IMG/VR virus record: IMGVR_UViG_3300025838_000051
Coordinates: 1 to 52,412 of that record
Direction: 5' to 3' (one strand)
Length of the DNA stretch: 52,412 bases
Source: a virus
Lineage: Duplodnaviria > Caudoviricetes
This document shows, piece after piece, positions 1-10,236 of this stretch. A program made the position numbers and the translations under genes. The notes beneath the pieces were generated by a model. It was given only the letters and a program-made list of their open reading frames with translations. It made no database searches and was not told the origin of the DNA. Numbering within the stretch: the first letter of the stretch is position 1; each line of letters opens with the position of its first letter.

Positions 1-96
1 GGGGACATTATGGAGGCTTGGTGTGCCGTTAATCCGACCAGCCAACAACGGTCTCAAATGGATACCTATATGCGGTTAAGGAGCGCAGCATGGTAA
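1..96 (+). CDS. 3' end of a truncated gene, possibly the C-terminus of a LamG/ConA-like virion protein
   Basis: Frame 1 reads GDIMEAWCAVNPTSQQRSQMDTYMRLRSAAW* and overlaps the next start; resembles the 'GDIxE...ERxxIExYL...W' ending of LamG-like domains. Confidence 0.4.
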   Translation, partial: GDIMEAWCAVNPTSQQRSQMDTYMRLRSAAW

Positions 97-503
97 CGCA
101 ATACCTTTATCGCCTGATTGCGGTTATTCCTGCGAGTATGCAGGCTCAAGTAAACGCATGGATCACTGCGAATGTCGATCCTGCTCCAGCGGGGCCATGG
201 CTCACTAACGGGTTATCGGCTACGGGTGCGACTCCTCCGAGCCACTACTTTTTCGATGCGGGTTTAAATGCGAGCCAGTTTTGCACCATTGTTGCACAGA
301 TTGCCAGCACTGCTGGAGTATCGGTTCCGGCTAATTGGGCAAGCATGGGATTTGCCGATCAAGCGGTCTGGATATCGGCAAACGTCGCGGCAATTAAACA
401 GGCCAGCGGGGTTTCGTTGAACCTGTCGGATAATACAAGCATCTGGACGGATGCGGTAAACTTTTTCGCCCTGCTGGGACTAAAGCAGATTGGACAGGGG
501 TAG
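90..503 (+). CDS. hypothetical virion-module protein
   Basis: 137-aa ORF, AAGGAG RBS, collinear with neck/tail genes. Confidence 0.6.
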   Translation: MVTQYLYRLIAVIPASMQAQVNAWITANVDPAPAGPWLTNGLSATGATPPSHYFFDAGLNASQFCTIVAQIASTAGVSVPANWASMGFADQAVWISANVAAIKQASGVSLNLSDNTSIWTDAVNFFALLGLKQIGQG

Positions 504-511
504 GGGGCAGC

Positions 512-874
512 ATGAGGATTGAATACGTCAACGACACGCTGCAAAAATTCACCCGCATAGGAAAACGGTTGATTCCCGGAGCGGTACGGCCATCGGTTGT
601 TGTTGGCTATACAGCCAATTACGCAATTTATGTCCATGAAAACCTGGAGGCAAAACACACCAACGGACAAGCCAAATTTCTGGAAGCTCCCGCACGCGAA
701 CTGGATGAGGAAATTTTGCGAGGCATTCGCGACGACTGCAAAAAAGGTTTGACCCTGCCACAGGCATTGCTTAGGGCGGGCCTGAAGCTGCAACGGGCGT
801 CACAAAAGCTGGTGCCAGTTGATACGGGCAATCTCAAGGGCTCAGCTATAACACGGCTTGAAGATGAGGAATAA
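512..874 (+). CDS. HK97 gp10-like neck/tail-completion protein
   Basis: Motifs VGYTANYAIYVHE, GQAKFLE, VPVDTGNLKGS; position before tail terminator. Confidence 0.8.
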   Translation: MRIEYVNDTLQKFTRIGKRLIPGAVRPSVVVGYTANYAIYVHENLEAKHTNGQAKFLEAPARELDEEILRGIRDDCKKGLTLPQALLRAGLKLQRASQKLVPVDTGNLKGSAITRLEDEE

Positions 875-876
875 CA

Positions 877-1329
877 ATGTCGACCCCTTTGGTGCATTCG
901 CCAGCCGATGTCGTTCGGTATTTGCTGATCGCCATGAATCTGGGGTCCGATCCGGCTACGTCTACAGTTTCATGGCCGGTTTATGCAACCTCAGAGCCAA
1001 GTGCGCCAGACGACGTTATCACCGTATACGATACCCAAGGTATGGTCTTTGGTCGTAACATGTTGGACGGAGAAAGCGTCGAACATTTCGGGATTCAGAT
1101 TCGGCTACGCTCGCAGGATCATGCGACTGGCTGGAAAAAGACGAAAGGCATTGCCCGCCAGCTGGATGAGGAAATTTACCAGGAATCAATTACGATTCAA
1201 GGATCGGTTTATTGTGTCCGATCTATCAAGCGGACTTCCAGCGTCCTTGTCCTTGGAAAAGACACCCCCGGCAGTAAACGGAGCATCTTTACCCTAAACG
1301 CCCTTTGTAGTATCAGGCAAACCGTTTAA
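877..1329 (+). CDS. tail terminator / 'minor capsid' family protein
   Basis: EPSAPDDVITVYDT...GIQIRLRS pattern; lies between neck and major tail genes. Confidence 0.7.
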   Translation: MSTPLVHSPADVVRYLLIAMNLGSDPATSTVSWPVYATSEPSAPDDVITVYDTQGMVFGRNMLDGESVEHFGIQIRLRSQDHATGWKKTKGIARQLDEEIYQESITIQGSVYCVRSIKRTSSVLVLGKDTPGSKRSIFTLNALCSIRQTV

Positions 1330-1344
1330 CGAAAGGAAAATAGC

Positions 1345-1830
1345 ATGGCAAGTCCAGTAGCAGCAACTCGGCAGAATCCAACCCTGACCAAGATGGCGGA
1401 TGGTTTCCGTACCTACATCACCCTGACCGTCAACCCGTCAATCGAGTTCTGGGAAGTGTCTGTAACACCTCCCGGGATTGATGGAGGCGAGCCGACCGAT
1501 ACGACCAACATGCACAACAACTTGTGGCGGACCTTCCATGCCCGCAAGCTGATCAAGATGGATAACGTCGTGTGTGAGGCGGAATACAATCCCGCCCTTT
1601 ACACGGACATTCTGGCAGTGGTCAACGTGGCTACGACCATCACGGTACTTTTCCCGGACCATTCCACACTGGCCATGTTCGGCTACCTGAAGTCGTTCAA
1701 GCCAGCGGCTTTGGAAGATGGCAAGGTTCCAACCTGTTCCGTGGAATTCGTCGTCACCAATGCCGATCCAACAACCTGCGTGGAGGCAGGTCCTGTTTAT
1801 ACCTCCGCCAGCGGAACTGGTGGTTGTTAA
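1345..1830 (+). CDS. major tail tube protein
   Basis: SVTPPGIDGGEPTDTT and ITVLFPD..TLAMFGYLKSF motifs; precedes chaperones and tape measure; AAGGA RBS. Confidence 0.75.
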   Translation: MASPVAATRQNPTLTKMADGFRTYITLTVNPSIEFWEVSVTPPGIDGGEPTDTTNMHNNLWRTFHARKLIKMDNVVCEAEYNPALYTDILAVVNVATTITVLFPDHSTLAMFGYLKSFKPAALEDGKVPTCSVEFVVTNADPTTCVEAGPVYTSASGTGGC

Positions 1831-1862
1831 TCTTTTTGTCCCGAGGTTAAGGAGCAAAGACT

Positions 1863-2363
1863 ATGACGATTGAAGTATTCGATGAATTCGCATCACTGGA
1901 ACGGCAAAAAATCATCGTTCCAATCATGGGTGTCCGTTACCTGTTGATGGAAGCGGACACCAATGCTGCAAAGCTGTTTAAGAACGCCTGCGCCCGTGCG
2001 GGCAGGATGGTGGATGGGGAAATTGTCGGCGTTGACAATATTGGCGAGGTTGAGCCCCTGCTTGTAGGGATGTGTCTTTACCAGCTGATTCCCGCCAAGC
2101 CGGGTTTTCCAACCATCACGGCTCAGGATGAGATGCTCGGGCCCCAGGTGGATCGAAAGGTCATGGCAGAATGGCCCAGCCGGATCGTCAAACGGCTTTT
2201 TGATCGGGTGAAAGAAATGTCCGATTTGAACGAGACTGAAACGGAAGAGCAGATCTCCAAGTCGATTGAAAAGCTGCAAAAGAAGCTGGACAAGCTCCGC
2301 AAGGCCAAGGCAGGCTCCGTGGCAAAAAACGAGCCCGCGAATACTGGGGAGAATTCCGACTAG
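1863..2363 (+). CDS. tail assembly chaperone (gpG-like)
   Basis: Between tail tube and tape measure; slippery A AAA AAC near the 3' end. Confidence 0.75.
   Translation: MTIEVFDEFASLERQKIIVPIMGVRYLLMEADTNAAKLFKNACARAGRMVDGEIVGVDNIGEVEPLLVGMCLYQLIPAKPGFPTITAQDEMLGPQVDRKVMAEWPSRIVKRLFDRVKEMSDLNETETEEQISKSIEKLQKKLDKLRKAKAGSVAKNEPANTGENSD
2324..2330 (+). other. -1 programmed ribosomal frameshift site A AAA AAC
   Basis: X XXY YYZ heptamer in frame (GCA AAA AAC); the -1 frame is open from 2330 (RAREYWGEFRLAHQLG...) to 2719. Confidence 0.8.
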
Positions 2364-2719
2364 CCCACCAGCTGGGTTGTCAGCTTCACCATGTCATGAA
2401 CTGGGAGCCGGTGGTCACTTACCGGCAGTTCATGGCGTGGCAGGAATGGCTGGATGAGGACATGAGCAATCCCGGAAAGGTCGAACACTACCTGATGCAG
2501 ATTGCTGCGGAAGTCCGCCAAAGCGTTCCTACAAAATCTCCGAAGCGGGTGTCGCTGAAAGATTTTCGCATTCCTTTTAAAAGGGAAACGAAACGGCGGC
2601 AGTCGCGGGAAGAGGCTGCCAGACTCAGCAAAATGGCATGGATCGGTTATCTGGGTCCAACCAAAATCACGGGCTTGCCCAGTGACGTGTTGGGCCCCAG
2701 GAGCGAAGAGCAACCATGA
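2330..2719 (+). CDS. tail assembly chaperone frameshift extension (gpT-like)
   Basis: -1 frame continuous with ORF 2396..2719; LAHQLG...TYRQFMAW...LMQIAAEV is typical of gpT parts. Confidence 0.75.
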   Translation, partial: RAREYWGEFRLAHQLGCQLHHVMNWEPVVTYRQFMAWQEWLDEDMSNPGKVEHYLMQIAAEVRQSVPTKSPKRVSLKDFRIPFKRETKRRQSREEAARLSKMAWIGYLGPTKITGLPSDVLGPRSEEQP

Positions 2720-5241
2720 ACCCCGAAGAAATCCAAGGCTTGCTGGTACGGCTGACAGGGGACGGGACATCCTTCCTGCGGATGCTGGATCAGGCTGCGT
2801 CCCAGACGGTTTCCGTTACTGCTGCCATCGAGGGAGCAGGCAAACGAATCGAGGGAATTGCCACTTCCGTCAAGGAATTCGGCAATGCCACCGTGCAAGC
2901 CCTTGGAGCCCTCGGGGCTCAAAAGTTTCTCAACAATGCCATGAGCATGTTTGCCGAAACGGAAACCGTACAGATCAGGCTCAAGGCCAGCCTCAAAGGC
3001 ACGGCTGAAGAAATAAATACCCTGTACGACGCCTACGAAAAATATGCCGGAACCCTTCGCAATGCAACAGGGGCCAGCAAGGACGATACGTTTGCACTGC
3101 TCCAGCATGTGGCTGCCCAAGGGATTCAGGGCAAACAGGCGATGGATCTCGTAACTCAGGTCAATGCTTTGGCAGCGGCAACAGGCAGGGACACGCATTC
3201 CATCCTGCGAGGAATCGAAATGCTGGAAAAGGGTGAAACCAGCATGATCAAACGGTTGCTGAACTTGCGGGACATCAAGGACAACGAAGAGCTTGTCGCC
3301 AACATCAATGAAAAGGTCAACAAGGGCCTGAAGATTCAGGGCGACTTGATGAACTCGACCAATGGTATTTTGAAGCAGTATTCAGGAGCGTGGAAAGGCT
3401 TGGTCAAGCAATTTGGCGAAACGGTCAGCCAGGCTATCACCCCTATGGCCAAAGGGATGACGATGCTGATCCGTCAATTCCTCAATCTGGATGACGCTAC
3501 CCGGAAAATGATCGTGTCCGGTGCAATGCTGGCAGCGGGCCTGCTATCCATTTCCCCCTTGTTGACCACAATCATGAAATTTGTGACACCTTGGGTAAAT
3601 TATTTTGTTTCCGGTTTCGGATTGATCGGCATGGCCTTGACTGCGGTTGGATATGTTCTGATGGAACTGGTCAAAAAATTCGTCAACTGGGGCGAGGTTG
3701 TAACAGTCACCAAAAACGTAGTCCTTCTTGGATTCAAGGCAATTCAGGAGGCCGCGAATTTCGCTGTTCAAATTGTTTCCGACAACATTGGCTGGTTATG
3801 GGAAGGCCTCCAGCAAGGCACATCCATGATTGGCCAGACATTCATGCGAGTCGGGCAGATCCTTCAGGAATTCAGCGGCTACGTTGCCCTTGCTGCGACA
3901 GCGGTTACCGCCAGCGTTATGGCCTATTACGGGCTCTCCGCAGCTATTGCTATCACTTCCACCCTTTATACCGCCTTGGGCCTGAATTACGTTGTCAACA
4001 CTGCTTTGGTGCTTGCGTGGAAAGGGGCGGTTTTGGTGGCCACCGTTGCAACAACAGTTTTCAACGGAGTTCATGCCCTGCTCAGCGGAACAATGAGCCT
4101 CAGTTCCATTGCCATGGGAATCTATACGGCCGCGACAGGAGTGGCGACCGGGGCAACCAATTTATTGACTTCAGCGGTTCTCGCTTTGGAAGCGGCATTG
4201 GCACCCATCACGCTTTTAGCCTTTGCAGTTACGGCTATTGTTTTGGCAGCGATTCTGGCTGGTATCGCTATCACTGTTGCAGGATTGGCCAGCGGATTTT
4301 ATGCGGTTGCCGTCAGCGCGGGAGGATTCTTTACCCAGGTTGTCAACGGGGCTGCTGCTGCTGTTGGGCAGCTTGAAGGCTTCAATACGGTTGTCAACGA
4401 CCTCAGCAATAGCTTTGGCATGTTGATGCGGGCCATGAAACTTGGCAACGGGATGGACCTGGCATGGAAAATCATGATGGCCCAGTTTAAATTAACCTAC
4501 GAGCAAATCAAGGTGATGATGCCACCATTGTGGCAATTCCTGAAGACGGGATTCATGACTATCTGGGATGAGATTGGAGACGCTCTGTGGAGGTCATTGC
4601 TGTCGGGCATCATCCATTTTGAGGAAACCATGTTGAAATACATGGACCCTACAGGAATCCTTTCTGGCTGGTTTTCATCAATGACGAAAGAAGTAGACAA
4701 GTTGCAAGGAGAGCTTGCAAGCAAATCAATTGAAAAAATCAAGGATTCACTGGCTGAAGCAGTGAAAATCTACAACGAAGCCGTTGCACAAGCGGACCAG
4801 TCAGGAATCAAGGAAGCCCGCAAAAATATTCAGGAACTGGAATCTCAATTAAAAACCATGGAAGAGCAGGCCAAAAACAAGGCCGCTGGAGATGCCAAAA
4901 AGCTGGACCCGTTTGCTCCTATCGCCATGGGGGCCAAAGCGGCCAAAGAAGAGATTCAGAAACTGGAAGGAGTTTTGGCAGGATCTCAGCAGGCAGCAGT
5001 TTTTGCCTACAACTATTTCGCGGGTCTCAAAGATCGAATCCCTGTCGGTCGTGGAATGGCCGCAGCTTCTGAAGGCGGAGGTTCCGGAGGAGCAGGGTCT
5101 CATGGAAACACTCCTGTCGCTGGTACGCCCGCAGCTTCTTCAGACGCCAAAATGGCCTTGGATATCCAGCGCAATGAGTACCTGAAAACTATTGCTGAAG
5201 CCGTGACCAAAAAGTCGGAAACGGCCATGGCCGGGATTTAA
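2716..5241 (+). CDS. tape measure protein
   Basis: 841 aa, Ala/Gly-rich and helical, N-terminal LLVRLTGDGTSF, central hydrophobic stretch; follows the chaperones with ATGA overlap. Confidence 0.9.
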   Translation: MNPEEIQGLLVRLTGDGTSFLRMLDQAASQTVSVTAAIEGAGKRIEGIATSVKEFGNATVQALGALGAQKFLNNAMSMFAETETVQIRLKASLKGTAEEINTLYDAYEKYAGTLRNATGASKDDTFALLQHVAAQGIQGKQAMDLVTQVNALAAATGRDTHSILRGIEMLEKGETSMIKRLLNLRDIKDNEELVANINEKVNKGLKIQGDLMNSTNGILKQYSGAWKGLVKQFGETVSQAITPMAKGMTMLIRQFLNLDDATRKMIVSGAMLAAGLLSISPLLTTIMKFVTPWVNYFVSGFGLIGMALTAVGYVLMELVKKFVNWGEVVTVTKNVVLLGFKAIQEAANFAVQIVSDNIGWLWEGLQQGTSMIGQTFMRVGQILQEFSGYVALAATAVTASVMAYYGLSAAIAITSTLYTALGLNYVVNTALVLAWKGAVLVATVATTVFNGVHALLSGTMSLSSIAMGIYTAATGVATGATNLLTSAVLALEAALAPITLLAFAVTAIVLAAILAGIAITVAGLASGFYAVAVSAGGFFTQVVNGAAAAVGQLEGFNTVVNDLSNSFGMLMRAMKLGNGMDLAWKIMMAQFKLTYEQIKVMMPPLWQFLKTGFMTIWDEIGDALWRSLLSGIIHFEETMLKYMDPTGILSGWFSSMTKEVDKLQGELASKSIEKIKDSLAEAVKIYNEAVAQADQSGIKEARKNIQELESQLKTMEEQAKNKAAGDAKKLDPFAPIAMGAKAAKEEIQKLEGVLAGSQQAAVFAYNYFAGLKDRIPVGRGMAAASEGGGSGGAGSHGNTPVAGTPAASSDAKMALDIQRNEYLKTIAEAVTKKSETAMAGI

Positions 5242-5255
5242 GGCGAGGTAAGTAA

Positions 5256-6632
5256 ATGGCTATTGTTTCTGTAACACCGACCAAATGGACCTGCTCCCGG
5301 GACCGCGACGGCCACCGCACCTACAAGGTGACCTTCAAGGTTATTACCGACGATCCTGCGGATGGACCGGCTACAGTTTTGCAAGCGGATGATCTTCCTT
5401 CCCCTGGCGATCCGTATTCGTTTGACAATGACGAAGATCTCTACGCCACCTGCAAGCAGGACATGGATATCACCCAAAAAGACAACATCGAAGGCGAGCC
5501 CGGGTACGTCTGGGAGGTGGTAGCAACCTTTACCACCCAGTACGACGAAAAACGATGTAAGGATGTGGCAATCGAAGATCCGTTGTTGATCCCGGACAGG
5601 ATCAGTGGTGGTTCATCACGGTTTCAGGAATCCGCACAGTACGACCGGTTTGGCGATCCGATTACCAATTCGGCATTTGAGCCACTGGAAGGGCCTGCCA
5701 GTGAATGGGACAAAACCAGAGGCACCGTCAAGATCGTTCAGAACCGTCTTCTGTTGGAATTAGGCTTGCTGGAGTCGCTCCGGGATGCGGTCAACGATCA
5801 GCCTTTATGGGGGCTGCCTTCCCGTTGCATCAAACTGTCAACCACCAGTTGGGACCGTAAGTTCTACGGCCAATGCTTCTACTATTTCGAGCGTACACTG
5901 GAATTTGAAATCAACACCGAGACCTTTGACCGCACCTTTCAGGATCAAGGTACCAAGTTCTTGAATGGGCACTGGGACACCTCGGGAACTGTCGCGGGCG
6001 GGCAGTGGGTAGTGGATCCAATCGCTCCAGGCATTCCAGCGGATCCAACCAATCCTGCCCATTTCCGGGCAGCAATCGGGCGGGATGGCAAATCCGGGAA
6101 ATGGCTGCTCGATGGCGGCGGACTTCCTGCCGGTGTCAGTATCCGCAACGGTGCCACTACGGAAACAAACTATTACCTCAGTCTGGTAGACCAGAATGAG
6201 TCCAACCCGATCCATACGCCTTCCGAATGGCTGCGAATCGCCGGAAATCTGGAGCCTGAATCGTGGGATGCGGAAACTACTTATATTCAAGGCAATCTTG
6301 TCTACGACAATAACGACCCCATCAATGTTTATGCCTTGATCAGCTCTACCTCTGTAATCGGTGTCGCTCCCAGTCCTGCTACCAGCGGACCCGGTGGGCC
6401 TTGGTTGCTGATTCCTGATTTCAATTCCGATGGAATGGATTTTGTATTGGAATGGGATACCAGTCTTGCTTATCCGATTTATCGGATTGTGAAATTTGTT
6501 CACGATGTCGGAACAGGATCGTCCACAGGCGGGAACATTCACGGGCCAGGTGAAATCTTCGTGTCAAAATACAAGTCGGGGAATTTCCTGCTGTTGGGTA
6601 TTCCGACCGACCTTGAAATCTTTGGAGTTTAA
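5256..6632 (+). CDS. tail tip / distal tail protein with possible small carbohydrate-binding repeats
   Basis: Directly after tape measure; C-terminal W-x4-Y-x2-G/R-x-V units (SWDAETTYIQGNLV, EWDTSLAYPIYRIV). Confidence 0.55.
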   Translation: MAIVSVTPTKWTCSRDRDGHRTYKVTFKVITDDPADGPATVLQADDLPSPGDPYSFDNDEDLYATCKQDMDITQKDNIEGEPGYVWEVVATFTTQYDEKRCKDVAIEDPLLIPDRISGGSSRFQESAQYDRFGDPITNSAFEPLEGPASEWDKTRGTVKIVQNRLLLELGLLESLRDAVNDQPLWGLPSRCIKLSTTSWDRKFYGQCFYYFERTLEFEINTETFDRTFQDQGTKFLNGHWDTSGTVAGGQWVVDPIAPGIPADPTNPAHFRAAIGRDGKSGKWLLDGGGLPAGVSIRNGATTETNYYLSLVDQNESNPIHTPSEWLRIAGNLEPESWDAETTYIQGNLVYDNNDPINVYALISSTSVIGVAPSPATSGPGGPWLLIPDFNSDGMDFVLEWDTSLAYPIYRIVKFVHDVGTGSSTGGNIHGPGEIFVSKYKSGNFLLLGIPTDLEIFGV

Positions 6633-6635
6633 GCC

Positions 6636-7067
6636 ATGGCGAACGAAGCTCAAATCAATGTCAGTCTCCGGATTCAAAATGGCAACTTTGGCTATCAAAG
6701 CTCCAGCGGAGCTTATACGGCCAATGTCGCTGGCACATTTGGTCCAACGCCCGGGGCTGTGACGGTCTCGGTGTCAGGAACGTCTATTTCTTTAGCAGGA
6801 TTGTCGGCCATGGGCGGGCTGATTATCCTGAAGAACTACGACCCGACCAAATCGGTTCGCTGGGGAATCGAGGATTCCGTTACCAATCATTTCATCCCGA
6901 TTGGGCGATTGCTTCCCGGTGAAACCCAGATTTTCCGGCTGGACAACTCATTCGGCGAATACGAAGCGACAGCAGGCACAGGAACCTTTACCGGTTCTAC
7001 CGTCAGCCTGTACATGAAGGCACAGGGCGGCAATTGCGTTGTTTTCGTCGGGGCATTCAACCCATAA
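6636..7067 (+). CDS. hypothetical tail-associated beta-rich protein
   Basis: 143 aa, tightly coupled in the tail operon. Confidence 0.6.
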   Translation: MANEAQINVSLRIQNGNFGYQSSSGAYTANVAGTFGPTPGAVTVSVSGTSISLAGLSAMGGLIILKNYDPTKSVRWGIEDSVTNHFIPIGRLLPGETQIFRLDNSFGEYEATAGTGTFTGSTVSLYMKAQGGNCVVFVGAFNP

Positions 7068-7094
7068 CCGCAAGGCACGACAGGAGCAATAACG

Positions 7095-7568
7095 ATGATG
7101 CTAAACAAAGTTGCGACTACCAACAAGATCACCGTCCTTTGCAAGGTCTGCCACCAAAGCAGTCCTTCAGGAGATGTGACGCCTGTTGAATCGGGTTATT
7201 CCCGAATTATTCAGTCCGATGAACAACCCTATCTACGACGACAGCGGATCAACCGCGAACTATCTCCATTGGACTATGGTTGGCTCAAAGACAAGTCCAT
7301 TTCGTTGTTGGTGCTTGAACATCGACCGGAAGGCATGGCGGCTGGAGCCGTGTCCGACAAAGATGCCCGGAAATGGGATCTGGAGGTGGTCATCTCTTTG
7401 CAGACGGAAAATGCAACCATTGACCTGATGGTCCTTAAACCCGGAGAATCCTGCCAATTTCGTCCCGCCCCCGGATTCAGCAATCTATCAGCCTGGTGTC
7501 GTAGGGCAAACGGAAAGCAGTCCGATTGGACCCAAACATACCTGTATGTCAATGTTTTCCCGGAGTAG
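7095..7568 (+). CDS. hypothetical tail-associated protein
   Basis: 157 aa, AGGAG RBS; shares an 'LxPGE' motif with the preceding ORF. Confidence 0.6.
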   Translation: MMLNKVATTNKITVLCKVCHQSSPSGDVTPVESGYSRIIQSDEQPYLRRQRINRELSPLDYGWLKDKSISLLVLEHRPEGMAAGAVSDKDARKWDLEVVISLQTENATIDLMVLKPGESCQFRPAPGFSNLSAWCRRANGKQSDWTQTYLYVNVFPE

Positions 7569-7571
7569 GAC

Positions 7572-9509
7572 ATGAGCAAGGGATATTTGCTGTCTGAAGA
7601 CGATGTGATTACCCTTCGGGCCATGGCCAAGGCTTACCGGGATCAGCAGGGAGGGGCCGGTGGCAATGGCAAAACCATGAACCGTCCTGCTCCGCCCCCA
7701 TTGCTGGACGCCTCCCCGGAAACCTACCTTGCCGTGGTTGGCCCTTTGGGGCTTCCGGCAATGACCTATTCCGGAACAGGCAGTCACAATCCGGACGATT
7801 ATATCGTTGGCCAAGACAATCAGGCCCAGGTATACCAGCTGGTGAACGCGGGAGGCGTGGTCAAACTGATCAAGGTCTACGGCTATTACCTGACTGTTTA
7901 CAACTTCACTTTGGCAACGGTTCCGGCTGGAACCATGGTGCTTGTCTGCAAGGACAATTATGGGAACTGGTTCCTTTCCAATTCCGGCAATCAGCTTTCC
8001 AGCAATTTCTACAATTCTGAAAATAGAGTCAGCTATCCCAATTTCAGCAACGGATCGTTTTCGTCTTTAACAGTCGATGGAACCTACGGCTTGAATCTAT
8101 CTCATTCAGGAACATCGGACACCCTTGGCATTTTCCCGGCAACCACGTCGGCAAATGGAGTGGTAACCACAACAACCCAAAGTTTTGCGGGCAACAAAGA
8201 GTTTATCAGCGGAGCAATCGTTGACGGGGTTTGTTTTGTCAATGGTACGTTGGAAGCAGGAGTGACGGGATCAAGCGGATACGTTGCCTTGACCCAATTT
8301 GTTGCTTCCTTTGTTGGCCCCTACGATCCCGTTCATGTTGGTGCCTCCGGAACCGTAACTATCACAGGCAATTCGAGTCCAACAGCTGGAGCGTCAACCT
8401 ATCTGTTGCTCAACAACACCATTAATCTGGCCGGAAACAGTGCAGCCCAAAGTTCCGGATTGAATGCAACCTCGTTGATCTTTGACAATAAATCAGGATC
8501 AACATATCCGGGATCGTCGATCTCATCAATGCAGGCGTATTTTTACAGCAACAACAGTTCATCGCAAGACTCTGCGACGATGAACAGCAATTCCATTTAC
8601 CTTACTTACAATAACGCTCCAGTTTCGGGAACCTACATTCAAAATACAATCAAGGCCTCCACTTTCAATTATCCGGCTATTACGTGCACCAAGCAATCGG
8701 TAACCAGTGGCGTGGCAAGCCTGAATCAAAATACAAACGTTTATGCTGGTTCCGTTGTGTGTCAGGATACAACCGTAAGTTCCGGCTGGGGGAACGTTAA
8801 TTTTTGCTCACTGGGATTTGATGCAAGCACAAAAAGACCCTGCATAACCTTTATGCAGACCCAGCTGATTGTGCCTGATCAAACCAGCTCAGGATTCAAC
8901 AATGGCACATTGCAATGGAATGGCAATTACATTTCAACTGTAACAGGCTACAAGATTGGATCGACAATAGGGGCTACCGGAACTGACTCCATCGGCAATA
9001 CGTTTACTGGAGGCATTCTGACAACTCTCGGATCCGGTTCGGTTACAAGTGGTACTGTTACCAGTGTCGGATTGTCGATGCCTGGTATTTTCAGCGTGAC
9101 AGGTTCCCCCGTTACGTCGTCAGGCACGCTCGCGGTAGCGTTGGCAACCCAGTCAGTCAACAAGGTCTTTGCAGGCCCTGCCAGCGGGTCCGTTGCAACT
9201 CCGACATTCAGGTCACTTGTTGCTGCCGATCTGCCTGTTGCAACAACATCCTCTTTGGGTGCGGTTCAACCGGATGGAACAAGCATTACGATTTCCGGAG
9301 GTGTTATATCCGCGACAGGCGGCGGATCTTATACCCTGCCAACCGCAACAACTACAATTTTGGGCGGAGTCAAGATTGATGGAACGTCCATCAAAATCTC
9401 GTCCGGCCAAATTTTCACGGGAGGTATCTCGGGAACCTATACCGTGGGCAGTGGCACAATGACTTTTACCAAAGGCCTGCTGACAGCAACGACATTGGCT
9501 TCGAGCTAA
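7572..9509 (+). CDS. tail fibre / receptor-binding protein
   Basis: 645 aa, very S/T/G/N-rich; repeats LPVATTSSLGAVQPDGTSITI and LPTATTTILGGVKIDGTSIKI; GTVTSVGLS motif. Confidence 0.75.
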   Translation: MSKGYLLSEDDVITLRAMAKAYRDQQGGAGGNGKTMNRPAPPPLLDASPETYLAVVGPLGLPAMTYSGTGSHNPDDYIVGQDNQAQVYQLVNAGGVVKLIKVYGYYLTVYNFTLATVPAGTMVLVCKDNYGNWFLSNSGNQLSSNFYNSENRVSYPNFSNGSFSSLTVDGTYGLNLSHSGTSDTLGIFPATTSANGVVTTTTQSFAGNKEFISGAIVDGVCFVNGTLEAGVTGSSGYVALTQFVASFVGPYDPVHVGASGTVTITGNSSPTAGASTYLLLNNTINLAGNSAAQSSGLNATSLIFDNKSGSTYPGSSISSMQAYFYSNNSSSQDSATMNSNSIYLTYNNAPVSGTYIQNTIKASTFNYPAITCTKQSVTSGVASLNQNTNVYAGSVVCQDTTVSSGWGNVNFCSLGFDASTKRPCITFMQTQLIVPDQTSSGFNNGTLQWNGNYISTVTGYKIGSTIGATGTDSIGNTFTGGILTTLGSGSVTSGTVTSVGLSMPGIFSVTGSPVTSSGTLAVALATQSVNKVFAGPASGSVATPTFRSLVAADLPVATTSSLGAVQPDGTSITISGGVISATGGGSYTLPTATTTILGGVKIDGTSIKISSGQIFTGGISGTYTVGSGTMTFTKGLLTATTLASS

Positions 9510-9519
9510 GGAAGAAACC

Positions 9520-10236
9520 ATGCCACCAATTACGACCATTGCAGGTATTACGACAGTTCCGTCACGTCGCAAGGATCTGTTTCCCCGGACGCTGGAATCG
9601 CTTCGTCAGGCAGGGTTTACCGATCTGCGGATTTTCCTCGACAATGCCACACTTGACCAAGGCCGCAGCTATGAGCAGGAGTTCCACCTCCCGGTTACGG
9701 TTCGCAATCCCGGAGTCCTGACCTTCGGAAACTGGTGCTTGGGACTTGCCGAGCTTTACCTTCGCAACCCCAGCCATATCAACCGCTACGCCATGTTTCA
9801 GGATGATTTTGTCACCTATCGAAAGCTGAAGAATTATCTGGATCAATGCAAGTTCCCGGATAAAGGCTATTGGAACCTTTACACTTTCCCGCAGAATCAG
9901 GAGCTGGCTGGAGGCAGGCAAGGCTGGTTCGAGAGCAACCAGCGAGGCAAAGGGGCGGTTGCCCTGATGTTTAATCAGCCCGGAGTGATCGACCTCTTGA
10001 CCAGCCTGCACATGGTACGACGTCCGCAAGACGCAGCGAGGGGATGGAAATCGATTGATGGCGGCATTGTCGAGGGAATGCGGGAAAAGGGGTACAAGGA
10101 ATACTGCCACAGCCCCAGCCTTGTGCAACATACAGGGATCCTGTCAACCATGCGGAATCCGGTTCACCCTCAGGCCCCTGTGTTTCTGGGCGAGCAAACA
10201 GACGCGACAATTTTAATACCTAAGGAGGGCTCCTGA
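9520..10236 (+). CDS. GT-A fold glycosyltransferase-like protein
   Basis: ITTVPSRR start, MFQDD (DxD-like), PSLVQHTG motif. Confidence 0.65.
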   Translation: MPPITTIAGITTVPSRRKDLFPRTLESLRQAGFTDLRIFLDNATLDQGRSYEQEFHLPVTVRNPGVLTFGNWCLGLAELYLRNPSHINRYAMFQDDFVTYRKLKNYLDQCKFPDKGYWNLYTFPQNQELAGGRQGWFESNQRGKGAVALMFNQPGVIDLLTSLHMVRRPQDAARGWKSIDGGIVEGMREKGYKEYCHSPSLVQHTGILSTMRNPVHPQAPVFLGEQTDATILIPKEGS

